Shown here: in pieces, positions 63,620 to 64,000 of the stretch
How the letters are laid out: each line of letters begins with the position of its first letter
Position numbering within the stretch: position 1 is the first letter of the stretch
Assembly: GCF_030684315.1 (NCBI RefSeq)
Contig: NC_081356.1
Location: 78,414,835 to 78,478,834, forward strand
DNA from: Stegostoma tigrinum
Lineage: Eukaryota
Direction of reading: 5' to 3'
Length of the DNA stretch: 64,000 bases
Position numbers and translations under genes: made by a program
Notes under the pieces: generated by a model
What the model was told of the DNA's origin: nothing
Databases searched by the model: none
The model's input: the letters and a program-made list of their open reading frames with translations, nothing else

Positions 63620-63780
63620 AGGACATGCATTTACTTAATGAATCATATATCACAAAATATTTTACATTCAGTAAGTTATGAAATGCAGTTATTGATAAGA
63701 TGATAAATGCAGCTTCAGTTTTGCGCACAGCAAAATCCTGCAAACAGCAATAAGATAAATGACCAGTTGTTTGTCAGCAG
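63620..63780 (-). mobile_element. Deu-domain SINE 3' fragment
   Basis: 'ttgcgcacagcaaaatcctgcaaacagcaataagataaatgaccag' is antisense to the DeuSINE 3' part. Confidence 0.55.
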
Positions 63781-64000
63781 CCTGATTTAGTTCCATTTTA
63801 GCAAGCAAAGAAGAAATCTCATTAAGATTAAACCAATCTACTAATGTACTGTTGGATGTAATAATGAATTTTGTCTGTAAGGCATAGCATAACATTGCTG
63901 GTGATATTGCTGTCACACTTGTTTCTGCTGTGCTGCTGATGGCATTCCTGATCAATTCCACAGTGAGCTGAAGTCATTCTATTTAAGCTGAATACACCAC

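Overview
Eukaryotic, AT-rich, repeat-saturated non-coding DNA, almost certainly from a cartilaginous fish (HE1-type SINEs, Deu-domain SINEs, shark-type CR1 and Penelope families); a carpet shark is my guess, unverified. I recognise no host protein-coding exon, and the supplied ORFs are transposon remnants or chance. The window is a nest of decayed CR1, RTE and L2 LINEs, tRNA-derived SINEs, Gypsy remnants, solo LTRs, a 34-bp minisatellite and many Penelope-like (PLE) termini carrying minimal hammerhead-ribozyme cores. The most notable items are: (1) a 6.5-kb degenerate endogenous retrovirus (45225-51707) with a tRNA-Arg primer-binding site, a ~1.25-kb LTR and a 5-bp TSD, resembling class III/snakehead-retrovirus-like ERVs; (2) hammerhead-bearing PLE palindromes with long TSDs, including a 61-bp insert that starts exactly at the predicted ribozyme cleavage site; (3) a ~190-bp inverted templated insertion inside a CR1. 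All calls are by eye; family names come from recalled motifs, not database searches, and boundaries of old elements are approximate.
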